A stretch of 64,000 bases of DNA. Origin: a virus. The notes beneath the pieces were generated by a model, which was given only the letters and a program-made list of their open reading frames with translations, was not told the DNA's origin and searched no databases. The translations under genes were made by a program, and so were the position numbers. Below, piece by piece: positions 38,201 through 48,677 of the stretch. The stretch spans positions 1-64,000 of the IMG/VR virus record IMGVR_UViG_3300005573_000054; one strand, written 5' to 3'. Each line of letters starts with the position of its first letter. Position 1 is the stretch's first letter.

Positions 38201-39202
38201 ATGCTTATAGTAAAAGACTTGTTTCAAGTCCTCCAAGAAGTTCTCCAAGATGTAGACAAGCTTCTCATAAGTGGATCTCCAGGAATCGGCAAGTCAGAAA
38301 TTATCTATCAAGTGTGTAACAAGTTGAATCTCAAGGTATACGAAACAAGACTATATGAACAAGGGGAGTCGGCAGCAGGGCTCCCGAGAAGTCAAGACGG
38401 TATAACAAGATTTGACAAGCCATTCTGGCTAGATGAGCTGATCAAGGGTGGATATCAAGTTCTGTTTCTAGATGACTTCCATCTAGTCCCATCACAAGTA
38501 CAGCGTTTTCTTTACAAGCTCCTCACACACAAGGAACTTCACGATTACAAGGTACCCCAAGATCTCAAAGTGATTCTAGCAGGAAACTTCAAGATTGATT
38601 CTGCAGACTCAAGTGAAGTCCAGTCACCGATTATGTCAAGACTCCATCTAGCTATCGAATACGAGCCCGATCCAGAGGTATTCCTCAAGTTTGCAAGATC
38701 TCAACAAGACAGATTTGATTCAAGAGTCATTGCGTTTATTCAAGCAAATCCAGATTTGCTTTATACCAAGGAGCCTCCAACAAGTGAAATGTTCCCGTGT
38801 CCGAGGACATGGGAATACGCTTCAAGACTGCTGTCCAAGACTAATGATCCAAGGTTCCTTCTAGGTGTTGTAGGCACAAGAGCAGGATCAATCTTTCAAG
38901 AATTCTGGAATTTACTGAATCAAGATTTTAACACGATAGTCAAGACAGTGTCATATAAGTCAAGTATTAAAGATCAAGTTATAGCAAGCTTAATTTCTGC
39001 TCAAGAGTATTGTAAAGAACAAGATGTGTCAAGAAAGTCCAACATCTTCAAGTACGTTGAACAGTTCAAGGACGAGATCAAGTTCTTATTCGCAAGAAGG
39101 TGTTTTGAGGTCAAGGAGATGGAGTTCATACAAGAACTTAAAGTCAAGAGTCCAGATATATACAAGACTATCATAGAACTAGGTAAGGAGCTTACAAGAT
39201 GA
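38201..39202 (+). CDS. MoxR/dynein-related AAA+ ATPase (copy 2)
   Basis: SGSPGIGKS, LFLDDF, AGN, PIMSRL and FPCPRTWE. AAGGAGG precedes the ATG at 38201. Confidence 0.85.
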   Translation: MLIVKDLFQVLQEVLQDVDKLLISGSPGIGKSEIIYQVCNKLNLKVYETRLYEQGESAAGLPRSQDGITRFDKPFWLDELIKGGYQVLFLDDFHLVPSQVQRFLYKLLTHKELHDYKVPQDLKVILAGNFKIDSADSSEVQSPIMSRLHLAIEYEPDPEVFLKFARSQQDRFDSRVIAFIQANPDLLYTKEPPTSEMFPCPRTWEYASRLLSKTNDPRFLLGVVGTRAGSIFQEFWNLLNQDFNTIVKTVSYKSSIKDQVIASLISAQEYCKEQDVSRKSNIFKYVEQFKDEIKFLFARRCFEVKEMEFIQELKVKSPDIYKTIIELGKELTR

Positions 39203-40479
39203 ATACAAGTACGCTTAGTGAAGACAAGTTGATAAGTGTACTCAAGGTACAGGCATTCAAGTACACTTCAATGAATAGAATTCTAGAATATGAAATCAAG
39301 TTGGAAGATCTGAAACAAGTGGCCCCGCAAATTGCGGGGTATATTGACGACAAGCACAAGATTGTTATTGACAAGAGTTTAACAAGGGATGAACAAGTAG
39401 CAGTATTAATACACGAGGCATTACACGATGTTCTAGATCACATCAAGAGAGGTATGCGTCTAGAAGTATTCAACCAGCAACGAGATCAAGCTTTATGGAA
39501 TCTAGCGACAGACTACGTGATTAACAAGATAATATTAAGTTTAAACCTCAAGAAACATCCAGAAATACTTAAGAATGTGATACAAGTAGTTGACAAGTTT
39601 AGACCTGATCCAGAAAGCGATACAAGCGCAGAAGCCTTGTATAGGCTTCTCAAGAACAAGACCGAAGTCCAAGTGGAGAAACTAGAAGTTCAAATTCCAG
39701 GACAGAATCAAGGTCAAGGAGAACCAGATTCAATCGAGATTGTCAAGACAAGCGTAATTAACAAGGAAACAGGAGAAGTATTACAAGAGTCAGTACAAGT
39801 CCTCATCAGCAAGGAAGAAGCACAAGAGAGAAGCGAAAATCAACAAGAGGGAAAACAAGTGGATATCTTCAAGCTTCAAGAAAGTTTGAAACAAGCGGGG
39901 AACTCGTCTTCCCAGATGCTTCAAGAAATCACAGCAGCAAAATCAAGACTTAGTCTCAAGAATGAGTTGTCAAGTTATTTCGACAACCTCAAAACTCAAG
40001 GTCTTGATATAAGTTTCTTCGCAAGATCACCAAGAAGTACCGTTATCTCCTCAAGTTGTGGGTATAATGTTCCAGCATACGTCAATCCAAGGACGAAGAT
40101 TCTAGTTGCAATTGATTCAAGTGGATCAATAAGCAACAAGGAGTACTCGGAGTTTCTAGGGGTTTTAAGGAGAAACCTCAAGTACATTTATGGAAAACTA
40201 GTGTTATTCGACACAGAAGCTCAAGTTTATGATTTAGATTCAAGAGCAGTAGAAACACTAGAAAGAAAAGGGACTTTCAAGAGGGTTTTCTGTGGAGGCA
40301 CAAGTTTACGAGAGACCTTTAAGATTATTGAACAAGAGAAATTCAAACTAGCAATTATCATGACGGATCTAGAAGTTACTATTCCAGAGAAACCTAAGAA
40401 GCTTTCCAAGGTGTTGTGGATCGTCCCGTCGATTGACGGGACAAAGTTGCCAAGTTATGGAAAGGTTATTCAAGTGTAA
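39199..40479 (+). CDS. Zincin-like metallopeptidase + vWA protein (DUF2201-like), copy 2
   Basis: HEALH, WNLATDYVIN, SAEALY, DSSGSI, GGTSL, IMTDL and VLWIV..PSYGKV. Confidence 0.85.
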   Translation: MNTSTLSEDKLISVLKVQAFKYTSMNRILEYEIKLEDLKQVAPQIAGYIDDKHKIVIDKSLTRDEQVAVLIHEALHDVLDHIKRGMRLEVFNQQRDQALWNLATDYVINKIILSLNLKKHPEILKNVIQVVDKFRPDPESDTSAEALYRLLKNKTEVQVEKLEVQIPGQNQGQGEPDSIEIVKTSVINKETGEVLQESVQVLISKEEAQERSENQQEGKQVDIFKLQESLKQAGNSSSQMLQEITAAKSRLSLKNELSSYFDNLKTQGLDISFFARSPRSTVISSSCGYNVPAYVNPRTKILVAIDSSGSISNKEYSEFLGVLRRNLKYIYGKLVLFDTEAQVYDLDSRAVETLERKGTFKRVFCGGTSLRETFKIIEQEKFKLAIIMTDLEVTIPEKPKKLSKVLWIVPSIDGTKLPSYGKVIQV

Positions 40480-40506
40480 TAAGAAAATAAAGAAAGGAGG
40501 TAGGAA

Positions 40507-41748
40507 ATGAAAACGCCTACCTTCGAACAAGTAGTTGCTCAAGTACATGAAGGCAAGTTCTTTGAAGACAAGGAAATTCTTATGTTGAGAGACCAGTATG
40601 AAACAAGTATAGCTCACGAACAAGCTAGACAAGGTTGGACAACGAACGACAAGGAAATTCTCATGTTACAAGACAGAGTGGGGCGATCAGTCGCCCATAT
40701 TCAAGCAGAACGAGGTTGGACAACTGAAGACAAGGAAATTCTCGCGTTACAAGATGTAACAGGGCGAACAGTCGCCCACGAACAAGCTAGACAAGGTTGG
40801 ACAACCGAAGACAAGGAAATACTCGAGTTTGAAGATAATGGGAGACGAACAGTCGCCCATACTCAAGCAGAACGAGGTTGGATCACAGAAGACAAGAAGA
40901 TTCTCAAGCTTTACGACAGAAGTGGTACAAGTGTGGCTCACACTCAAGCTAGACAAGGATGGATTACTGAAGACAAGGAGATACTCGAGTTGAAAAACAC
41001 AAGCGGGTGGACAGTTGTCCACGAACAAGCAGAACAAGGGTGGACAACGGAAGACAAGGAGATGCTCAAGCTGAAGGATTACTATGGGCGATCAGTCGCC
41101 CATATTCAAGCTAAACGAGGGTGGACAACCGAAGACAAGGAAATACTCAAGTTGAAAGATAAGTATGGTACAAGTGTGGCTCATATTCAAGCAGAACGAG
41201 GCTGGATTATAGAAGACAAGGAAATACTCAAGTTAGAGAACAATCATGGTACAAGTGTGGCTCATATTCAAGCAGAACGAGGTTGGATAACAGAAGATCC
41301 AGAAATTCTCAAGCTTCACGATAAGAGTGGTACAAGTGTAGCTCATATTCAAGCAAAACAAGGATGGACTACTGAAGACAAGGAAATACTCAAGTTGAAA
41401 GATACAAGTGGGTGGAGTGTTGCCCACCAACAAGCAGATCAAGGATGGTCAACAGAAGACAAGGAAATCCTCAAGTTGGACAACGACCATGGTACAAGTG
41501 TAGCTCATATTCAAGCAGAACGAGGTTGGGTGTTTGAAGATCCAGAGATTCTAGTTTTGATCATTCGAGGCGGCTTGACGGTCGCCGAAGTTCAAGCACG
41601 TTATTCAGGTTGGACTCCAGGGGAAGAAGTCAAGGAAAAGTTCATACAAGAACTTCGGAAAAACTTTCCAGAAGAGAGAGTACAAGAAATACTTTACAAT
41701 GTTGATAATCTAGCGAAAGAATACTTCAAGAAAATCCTATCGAAATAG
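40507..41748 (+). CDS. Ankyrin-like repeat protein 1 (12 repeats + terminal repeat, type I C-cap)
   Basis: N-cap TFEQVVAQVxEGKFF, 27-aa repeats and a C-cap. Confidence 0.9.
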   Translation: MKTPTFEQVVAQVHEGKFFEDKEILMLRDQYETSIAHEQARQGWTTNDKEILMLQDRVGRSVAHIQAERGWTTEDKEILALQDVTGRTVAHEQARQGWTTEDKEILEFEDNGRRTVAHTQAERGWITEDKKILKLYDRSGTSVAHTQARQGWITEDKEILELKNTSGWTVVHEQAEQGWTTEDKEMLKLKDYYGRSVAHIQAKRGWTTEDKEILKLKDKYGTSVAHIQAERGWIIEDKEILKLENNHGTSVAHIQAERGWITEDPEILKLHDKSGTSVAHIQAKQGWTTEDKEILKLKDTSGWSVAHQQADQGWSTEDKEILKLDNDHGTSVAHIQAERGWVFEDPEILVLIIRGGLTVAEVQARYSGWTPGEEVKEKFIQELRKNFPEERVQEILYNVDNLAKEYFKKILSK

Positions 41749-41757
41749 GAGGTGAGA

Positions 41758-42273
41758 ATGAAAGTGTATACTTTCGAACAAGTAGTCGCTCAAGTGAATG
41801 AAGGCAAGTTCTTTGAAGATAAGGAAATCCTCAAGCTTTGCGACAAGAACGGGTGGACAGTCGCCCATGAACAAGCTTCTCAAGGCTGGACAACGGAAGA
41901 CAAGGAGATACTCAAGCTTTGTGATAAGAATGGTACAAGTGTGGCACATTTACAAGCGCTTCACAAGTGGACAACGAACGACAAGGAAATACTCAAGCTT
42001 TGTGACGAGTTCAAGGTGAGTGTTGCTCACGAACAAGCGTTTCGAGGATGGGTAACAGAAGATCCAGAAATTCTAGCTTTAGCTACCACAAGTAACTTCC
42101 TAGTAGCGAAAATTCAAGCATACTATTCGGGTTGGACTCCAGAAGGAGAAACTAGAGAAAAGTTTGTACAAGAACTTCAAAAGAATTTCCCAGTGGAGAA
42201 AGTACAAGAAATACTTTACGATATTGATGGTCTAGCAAAAGAGTATTTCAAGAAAATCTTATTCGGGAGGTAG
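41758..42273 (+). CDS. Ankyrin-like repeat protein 2 (3 repeats, type I C-cap)
   Basis: Same architecture. AGGAGGTG precedes the ATG at 41758. Confidence 0.9.
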   Translation: MKVYTFEQVVAQVNEGKFFEDKEILKLCDKNGWTVAHEQASQGWTTEDKEILKLCDKNGTSVAHLQALHKWTTNDKEILKLCDEFKVSVAHEQAFRGWVTEDPEILALATTSNFLVAKIQAYYSGWTPEGETREKFVQELQKNFPVEKVQEILYDIDGLAKEYFKKILFGR

Positions 42274-42276
42274 GAG

Positions 42277-43593
42277 ATGGAGATGTGTACTTTTAAGCAA
42301 GCAATTACTCAAGTAAATGAGGGTAAGTTCTTTGAAGACCCAGAAATCCTCAAGTTATATAATGTCTTCGGGCGGACAATCGCCCATGAACAAGCTTCTC
42401 AAGGCTGGATAACGGAAGACAAGGAGATACTCAAGTTAAAGGATGATCATGGTACAAGTGTAGCTCACGTTCAAGCAGAACATGGATGGACAACGGAAGA
42501 CAAGGAGATACTCAAGCTTCAAAATAACAGTGGGCTGACTGTTGCCCACAAACAAGCAGAACAAGGATGGACAACTGAAGATCCAGAGATTCTTAAGTTG
42601 TCCGACTGGTCAAGCTGGAGTGTTGCTCACACTCAAGCTAGACAAGGATGGACCACTGAAGACAAGGAGATACTCAAGTTACATAATATGTATGGGTGGG
42701 CGGTTGCCCACGAACAAGCTAAACAAGGTTGGATAACAGAAGACAAGGAAATTCTCAAGCTTCGCGACAAGAGTGGCACAAGCGTAGCTCATACACAAGC
42801 ATCTCGAGGATGGACTACAGAAGACAAGGAAATACTCATGTTACAAGACAGAATGGGGCGAACAGTCGCCCACGTTCAAGCAGATCAAGGTTGGACTACG
42901 GAAGACAAGGAAATTCTCAAGCTTCGCGACAAGAGTGGCACAAGCGTAGCTCATGTACAAGCATCTCGAGGATGGACAACGGAAGACAAGGAAATTCTCA
43001 TGTTGAAAGATAAGCATAATACAAGTGTAGCACATCTACAAGCAGAACGAGGATGGTCAACTGAAGACAAGGAGATACTCAAGTTAGAAGACGATCATGG
43101 TACAAGTGTTGCGTATAAACAAGCTAGACAAGGATGGATCACGAATGACGAGGAAATTCTCAAGCTTTGCGATGGGGGTGGCTGGTCCATCGCCCATAGA
43201 CAAGCTTCTCAAGGCTGGATAACTAATAACAAGGAGATACTCAAGTTGAAAGATAGATATGGTACAAGTGTAGCGCATTTACAAGCAGAACGAGGTTGGA
43301 CAACAGATGACAAGGAAATACTCAAGCTTCAAAATAACAGTGGGCTGACTGTTGCCCACAAACAAGCAGAACAAGGATGGACAACTGAAGATCCAGAGAT
43401 TCTTCTCCTCACGGAAAAACTAGGAGTCACTGTAGCCGAAGTTCAAGCAAGCTATTCAGGTTGGATATTAAGCGAAGACATTCAAGAAAAACTACGCCAA
43501 GAACCTTATAAGCTTAGTAAAGAGAAGCTTAACAAGTTAATATCATCAGTTAACGAAGCTTCAAGGCGATTCTTCAAGAATGCTCTAAAATAA
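42277..43593 (+). CDS. Ankyrin-like repeat protein 3 (13 repeats, type II C-cap)
   Basis: Same architecture as the rest of the array. Confidence 0.9.
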   Translation: MEMCTFKQAITQVNEGKFFEDPEILKLYNVFGRTIAHEQASQGWITEDKEILKLKDDHGTSVAHVQAEHGWTTEDKEILKLQNNSGLTVAHKQAEQGWTTEDPEILKLSDWSSWSVAHTQARQGWTTEDKEILKLHNMYGWAVAHEQAKQGWITEDKEILKLRDKSGTSVAHTQASRGWTTEDKEILMLQDRMGRTVAHVQADQGWTTEDKEILKLRDKSGTSVAHVQASRGWTTEDKEILMLKDKHNTSVAHLQAERGWSTEDKEILKLEDDHGTSVAYKQARQGWITNDEEILKLCDGGGWSIAHRQASQGWITNNKEILKLKDRYGTSVAHLQAERGWTTDDKEILKLQNNSGLTVAHKQAEQGWTTEDPEILLLTEKLGVTVAEVQASYSGWILSEDIQEKLRQEPYKLSKEKLNKLISSVNEASRRFFKNALK

Positions 43594-43607
43594 AAGGAGG
43601 TGGGAAA

Positions 43608-44366
43608 ATGGGAGTATGTGTCACTTTCGAACAAGTAGTCGCTCAAGTGAATGAAGGCAAGTTCTTCGAAGACCCAGAAATCCTCAAGCTTTATAACGAG
43701 AACGGGTGGAGTGTTGCCCATGAACAAGCGGATCAAGGATGGATAACGGAAGACAAGGAAATACTCAAATTAAAAAACAAGTATAACATAAGTGTAGCTT
43801 ATGTTCAAGCGTTCCGAGGATGGACAACAGAGGATCCAGAAATACTCAAGATTCAGGACAAGAACGGGTGGACTATCGCCCACGAACAAGCGGTTCGAGG
43901 ATGGACAACTGAAGACAAGGAAATACTTATGTTAAAAGATAAGTTTGGAACAAGTGTTGCCCATGAACAAGCGAAACAAGATTGGGTAACTGAAGACAAG
44001 GAAATACTTATGTTAAAAGACCAACACGGAACAAGTGTTGCTTATATTCAAGCTAGACGAGGATGGACAACTGAAGACAAGGAAATACTTAAACTAGAAG
44101 ACGATCAAGGTGTAACTGTAGCTCATGTTCAAGCAGAGCAAGGTTGGACGACAGAAGATCCAGAGATTCTAGTCTTGGCCACTTATGATGGCGTAACAGT
44201 GGCCGAAGTTCAAGCAGAACATTCAGGATGGGAGCTAGAAGGAGAGACCAGGGAAAGGTTTATTCAAGAGCTTCAAAAGAACTTTTCAAAGAGAAAAGCG
44301 CAAGAAGTACTTCACAATGTTGACAAGATGAGGAAAAAGTACTTCAAGGAAGCTCTGTTGGAATAA
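43608..44366 (+). CDS. Ankyrin-like repeat protein 4 (6 repeats, type I C-cap)
   Basis: Same architecture as the rest of the array. Confidence 0.9.
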   Translation: MGVCVTFEQVVAQVNEGKFFEDPEILKLYNENGWSVAHEQADQGWITEDKEILKLKNKYNISVAYVQAFRGWTTEDPEILKIQDKNGWTIAHEQAVRGWTTEDKEILMLKDKFGTSVAHEQAKQDWVTEDKEILMLKDQHGTSVAYIQARRGWTTEDKEILKLEDDQGVTVAHVQAEQGWTTEDPEILVLATYDGVTVAEVQAEHSGWELEGETRERFIQELQKNFSKRKAQEVLHNVDKMRKKYFKEALLE

Positions 44367-44370
44367 TAAG

Positions 44371-44460
44371 ATGAGACGAGACAATGTTCCAATATACAAT
44401 CAAGTAGTCACTCAAGTAAACAAGAAACACACAAGAGAAGATTTAATCTCAAGCCCTTAA
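44371..44460 (+). pseudogene. N-cap-only remnant of an array gene
   Basis: MRRDNVPIYNQVVTQVNKKHTREDLISSP* resembles MNRNDTLMYKQVIAQVNKGK of 48674. Confidence 0.6.
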
Positions 44461-44484
44461 TTTTTCTGTTAAGAGGTAGAGAAC

Positions 44485-44919
44485 ATGAAAGCGTGTCTTT
44501 TTGAACAAGTAGTTGCTCAAGTAAATGAAGGTAAGTTTTTTGAAGACAAAGAGATACTCAAGCTTCACGACGAGGACGGACGAACAGTTGCCCACGTTCA
44601 AGCAGAACAAGGTTGGATTACAGAAGACAAGGAAATACTCAAGTTGAAAGATATAAGCGGGTGGACAGTTGCCCACCAACAAGTGGTTCGAAGATGGATA
44701 ACAGAAGACCCAGAGATTCTAGTTTTGGCTACCATAAGAAACATCCTAGTGGCAGAAGTTCAAGCATGTTATTCAGGTTGGACCCCAGAAGAGGAAACCA
44801 GGGAAAAGTTCGTGCAAGAACTTCGGAAGAATTTTCCAGAGGAGAAAGCACAAGAGATACTTCACAATGTTGATAGTCTAGCAAAAGAGTATTTCAAGAA
44901 AATCTTATTCGGGAGGTAG
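44485..44919 (+). CDS. Ankyrin-like repeat protein 5 (2 repeats, type I C-cap)
   Basis: Same architecture as the rest of the array. Confidence 0.9.
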   Translation: MKACLFEQVVAQVNEGKFFEDKEILKLHDEDGRTVAHVQAEQGWITEDKEILKLKDISGWTVAHQQVVRRWITEDPEILVLATIRNILVAEVQACYSGWTPEEETREKFVQELRKNFPEEKAQEILHNVDSLAKEYFKKILFGR

Positions 44920-44922
44920 GAG

Positions 44923-45678
44923 ATGGAGATGTGTACTTTTAAGCAAGCAATTACTCAAGTAAATGAGGGTAAGTTCTTTGAAGATAAAGAGATACTCAAG
45001 CTTTGCAACGGGAACGGGTGGAGTGTTGCCCATGAACAAGCATTTCGAGGATGGACAACAGAAGACAAGGAAATCCTCATGTTGTATGATGATACTGGGT
45101 GGACTGTCGCCCATGAACAAGCTTCTCAAGGTTGGACAACAGAGGATCCAGAAATTCTCAAGTTTTGCGATGATGTTGGACAGACTGTCGCCCACGTTCA
45201 AGCATCTCGAGGATGGACAACCGAAGACAAGGAAATACTCAAGCTTCAAAATGACAGTGGGTGGACAGTCGCCCATGAACAAGCAAGCAGAAGATGGACA
45301 ACGAACGACGAGGAAATCCTCAAGTTAAAAGACAACCACGAGTGGACTGTTGCCCATATTCAAGCTAGACGAGGATGGATAACTGAAAACAAGGAAATAC
45401 TCAAGTTGAAAGACGATCGTGGTACAAGTGTAGCTTATGTTCAAGCATCTCAAGGATGGATAACAGAAGATCCAGAAATTCTAGTCTTGGCCACTCACGA
45501 TGACATAACAGTAGCCGAGGTTCAAGCTAAATACTCAGGATGGGAACCAGAAGGGGAAGTCAAGGAAAAGTTTGTGCAAGAACTCCAGAAAAACTTTTCA
45601 AAGAAGAAGATACAAGAAATACTTCAGGATATCAACGAGTTGAGGAAAAAGTATTTCGAGAGAATCTTATTAGTGTAA
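44923..45678 (+). CDS. Ankyrin-like repeat protein 6 (6 repeats, type I C-cap)
   Basis: Same architecture. N-cap identical to that of 42277. Confidence 0.9.
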   Translation: MEMCTFKQAITQVNEGKFFEDKEILKLCNGNGWSVAHEQAFRGWTTEDKEILMLYDDTGWTVAHEQASQGWTTEDPEILKFCDDVGQTVAHVQASRGWTTEDKEILKLQNDSGWTVAHEQASRRWTTNDEEILKLKDNHEWTVAHIQARRGWITENKEILKLKDDRGTSVAYVQASQGWITEDPEILVLATHDDITVAEVQAKYSGWEPEGEVKEKFVQELQKNFSKKKIQEILQDINELRKKYFERILLV

Positions 45679-45817
45679 CGAGATAAATCAAGATAAACAA
45701 ACAAGAAATATCAAAGAAAGAACCATTATAATTGTTTAATAAGTTTTTTCGTGTTGAAGTTACAAGAAAATTTTTCCAAAAATATCTCAAAAAATCTTAT
45801 AGACGGGAGGTGAGGAA

Positions 45818-46810
45818 ATGGAAGCGTATACTTTTGAACAAGCAATCACTCAAGTGAATGAAGGTAAGTTTTTCGAAGACAAGGAGATACTTAAACTTCA
45901 CGATGAGAATGGGTGGACTGTTGCCCATGAACAAGCTAAACGAGGGTGGACAACTGAAGATAAGGAGATCCTCAAGCTTCACGATAAATCATGGCGAAGT
46001 GTAGCCCATGAACAAGCGAAACGAGGATGGACAACAAATAACAAGGAGATACTCATGTTACGTGACACTTTCAGATGGTCTGTTGCTCATATTCAAGCAG
46101 AACATGGGTGGACAACTGAAAATAGAGAGATTCTCAAGTTGTTCGACTGGTCCAACTGGACTGTCGCCCATGAACAAGCAAGACGAGGGTGGACAACTGA
46201 AGACAAGGAAATTCTTAGACTTTATAGCGACTATGGATATACTGTAGCTTATATCCAAGCAAAACATGGATGGATAACAAATGACAAAGAAATACTCAAA
46301 TCGAAAGATAAGTATGATACAAGTGTAGCGCATCTACAAGCAAAACATGGCTGGACCACCGAAGATAAGGAGATACTCAAGCTTTATGATAAGAATAAGT
46401 GGTCTGTTGCTCATGAACAGGCAAGACAAGGATGGACTACTGAAGATAAGGAAATCCTCAAGTTAGAAGACAATTGTGGTACAAGTGTCGCTCATATTCA
46501 GGCAGAACAAGGATGGACAACTAAAGATAAGGAGATACTCAAGTTGCATGATGTCTGTGGGTGGACAGTCGCCCATGAACAAGCTAAACGTGGTTGGATA
46601 ACTGAAGATCCAGAGATTCTTCTTTTCGCAGAAAGACTGGGAGTCACTGTTGCAGAAATTCAGGTAGAATATTCAGGCTGGACACTAAGCGAAGACATCC
46701 AAGAAAAACTACGGCAAGAACCTTACAGACTCAGTGAAGAGGAGTTTAACAAGTTAATGTCGTCAATCAACGAAGCTTCAAGACGGTTCTTCAAGAATAC
46801 TCTAAGATAG
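45818..46810 (+). CDS. Ankyrin-like repeat protein 7 (9 repeats, type II C-cap)
   Basis: Same architecture as the rest of the array. Confidence 0.9.
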   Translation: MEAYTFEQAITQVNEGKFFEDKEILKLHDENGWTVAHEQAKRGWTTEDKEILKLHDKSWRSVAHEQAKRGWTTNNKEILMLRDTFRWSVAHIQAEHGWTTENREILKLFDWSNWTVAHEQARRGWTTEDKEILRLYSDYGYTVAYIQAKHGWITNDKEILKSKDKYDTSVAHLQAKHGWTTEDKEILKLYDKNKWSVAHEQARQGWTTEDKEILKLEDNCGTSVAHIQAEQGWTTKDKEILKLHDVCGWTVAHEQAKRGWITEDPEILLFAERLGVTVAEIQVEYSGWTLSEDIQEKLRQEPYRLSEEEFNKLMSSINEASRRFFKNTLR

Positions 46811-46824
46811 AAGGAGGCGGGAAA

Positions 46825-47817
46825 ATGGAAGCGTATACTTTCGAACAAGCAATCACTCAAGTGAATGAAGGCAAGTTCTTCGAAGATAAGGAGATACTCA
46901 AACTTCACAATAAGAATGGGTGGACTGTAGCCCATGAACAAGCGGAGCATGGTTGGACAACTGAAGACAAGGAGATACTTAGACTTTGCGACAAGAATGG
47001 GTGGACTGTGGCCCATGAGCAAGCTAGACGAGGGTGGACTACTGAAGACAAAGAGATACTCAAGTTGAGAGATCAGTACGGAGTAAGTGTCGCTCATATT
47101 CAAGCAGAACGAGGATGGACAACCGAAGACAAGGAGATACTCATGTTACGTAATATTTATGGGTGGACTGTTGCCCATGAGCAAGCTAGACAAGGGTGGA
47201 CAACTGAAGACCCAGAGATTCTTTTTCTCGTAGATAGACTAGAAATCACTGTAGCTGAAATACAAGCAAAACATGGATGGATGACAAATGATAAAGAAAT
47301 ACTCAAATTGAAAGATATGTACGGCACAAGTGTAGCACATTTTCAAGCAGAACATGGTTGGACTACAGAAGACAAGGAGATACTCAAGCTTTGTGATAAG
47401 AATAACTGGTTTGTTGCTCACGAACAAGCGAAACGAGGATGGACGACTGAAGACAAAGAGATACTCAAGTTAGATGACGATCAAGGTGTAAGTGTCGCTC
47501 ATATTCAAGCAGAACGAGGATGGACAACTGAAGACAAAGAGATACTCATGTTGCGTAATATCTATGGGTGGACTGTTGCCCATGAACAAGCTAGACAAGG
47601 GTGGACAACTGAAGATCCAGAGATTCTAGTCTTAGCCACTCGTGATAACTTAATGGTAGCCGAAGTTCAAGCAAGCTATTCAGGCTGGACACTAAGCGAA
47701 GACATTCAAGAAAAACTGCGACAAGAACCTTATAGACTTAGTGAAGAGGAGCTTAACAAGTTAATGTCGTCAATCAACGAAGCTTTAAGACGGTTCTTTA
47801 AGAATGTTCTAAGATAA
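46825..47817 (+). CDS. Ankyrin-like repeat protein 8 (9 repeats, type II C-cap)
   Basis: Same architecture, with an internal terminal-type repeat. Confidence 0.9.
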   Translation: MEAYTFEQAITQVNEGKFFEDKEILKLHNKNGWTVAHEQAEHGWTTEDKEILRLCDKNGWTVAHEQARRGWTTEDKEILKLRDQYGVSVAHIQAERGWTTEDKEILMLRNIYGWTVAHEQARQGWTTEDPEILFLVDRLEITVAEIQAKHGWMTNDKEILKLKDMYGTSVAHFQAEHGWTTEDKEILKLCDKNNWFVAHEQAKRGWTTEDKEILKLDDDQGVSVAHIQAERGWTTEDKEILMLRNIYGWTVAHEQARQGWTTEDPEILVLATRDNLMVAEVQASYSGWTLSEDIQEKLRQEPYRLSEEELNKLMSSINEALRRFFKNVLR

Positions 47818-47831
47818 AAGGAGGTGAGAAA

Positions 47832-48677
47832 ATGGAAACATATACTTTTGAACAAGCGATTGCCCAAGTGGATAAAGGTAAGTTTTTCGAAGACAAGGAG
47901 ATACTTAAACTTCACGACGAAAACGGGTGGACTGTTGCCCATAAACAAGCTAAGTATGGTTGGACAACTGAAAACAAGGAGATACTCAAGTTAAAGGATA
48001 ACCGTGGTATAAGTGTAGCCCATGAACAAGCTAAACGAGGGCGGACAACAGAAGACCCAGAGATTCTTAAGTTGTCCGACTGGTCCAGATGGACTGTTGC
48101 TCATATTCAAACAGAACATGGGTGGACAACTGAAGACAAGGAAATACTCAAGTTAAACGACAAATGGGAACGGGCTGTGGCCTACATTCAAGCTAGATAT
48201 GGATGGACTACAGAAGACAAGGAAATACTCAAGTTAAGAGACAACCATGGGCGGTCTGTTGCCCACGAACAAGCGGAGCTAGGATGGACAACGGAAGACA
48301 AGGAAATTCTCAAACTTTGTAACAAGAGCGGTACAAGCGTAGCACATTTACAAGCGGAACAAGGATGGACTACAGAAGACCCAGAAATCCTCAAGCTTTG
48401 CAATAAGTACGGTGTAAGTGTAGCTCATGAACAAGCTAAACGTGGTTGGATAACTGAAGATCCAGAGATCCTAGTTTTAGCCGCCACAGGAAACTTCCTA
48501 GTAGCAGAAGTTCAAGCAGAGTATTCAGGTTGGAAACCAGCGGAGGAAGTCGAGGAAAAGTTCGTGCGAGAACTTCAGAAGAATTTTCCAGAGGAGAAAG
48601 TACAAGAAATACTTCATAATATTGATGATCTAGCAAAAAATATTTCGAGAAAATCTTGTTTGGGAGGTAGGAGATGA
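47832..48677 (+). CDS. Ankyrin-like repeat protein 9 (7 repeats, type I C-cap with frameshifted tail)
   Basis: Same architecture. Ends LAKNISRKSCLGGRR instead of LAKxYFxKILFGR. Confidence 0.88.
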   Translation: METYTFEQAIAQVDKGKFFEDKEILKLHDENGWTVAHKQAKYGWTTENKEILKLKDNRGISVAHEQAKRGRTTEDPEILKLSDWSRWTVAHIQTEHGWTTEDKEILKLNDKWERAVAYIQARYGWTTEDKEILKLRDNHGRSVAHEQAELGWTTEDKEILKLCNKSGTSVAHLQAEQGWTTEDPEILKLCNKYGVSVAHEQAKRGWITEDPEILVLAATGNFLVAEVQAEYSGWKPAEEVEEKFVRELQKNFPEEKVQEILHNIDDLAKNISRKSCLGGRR

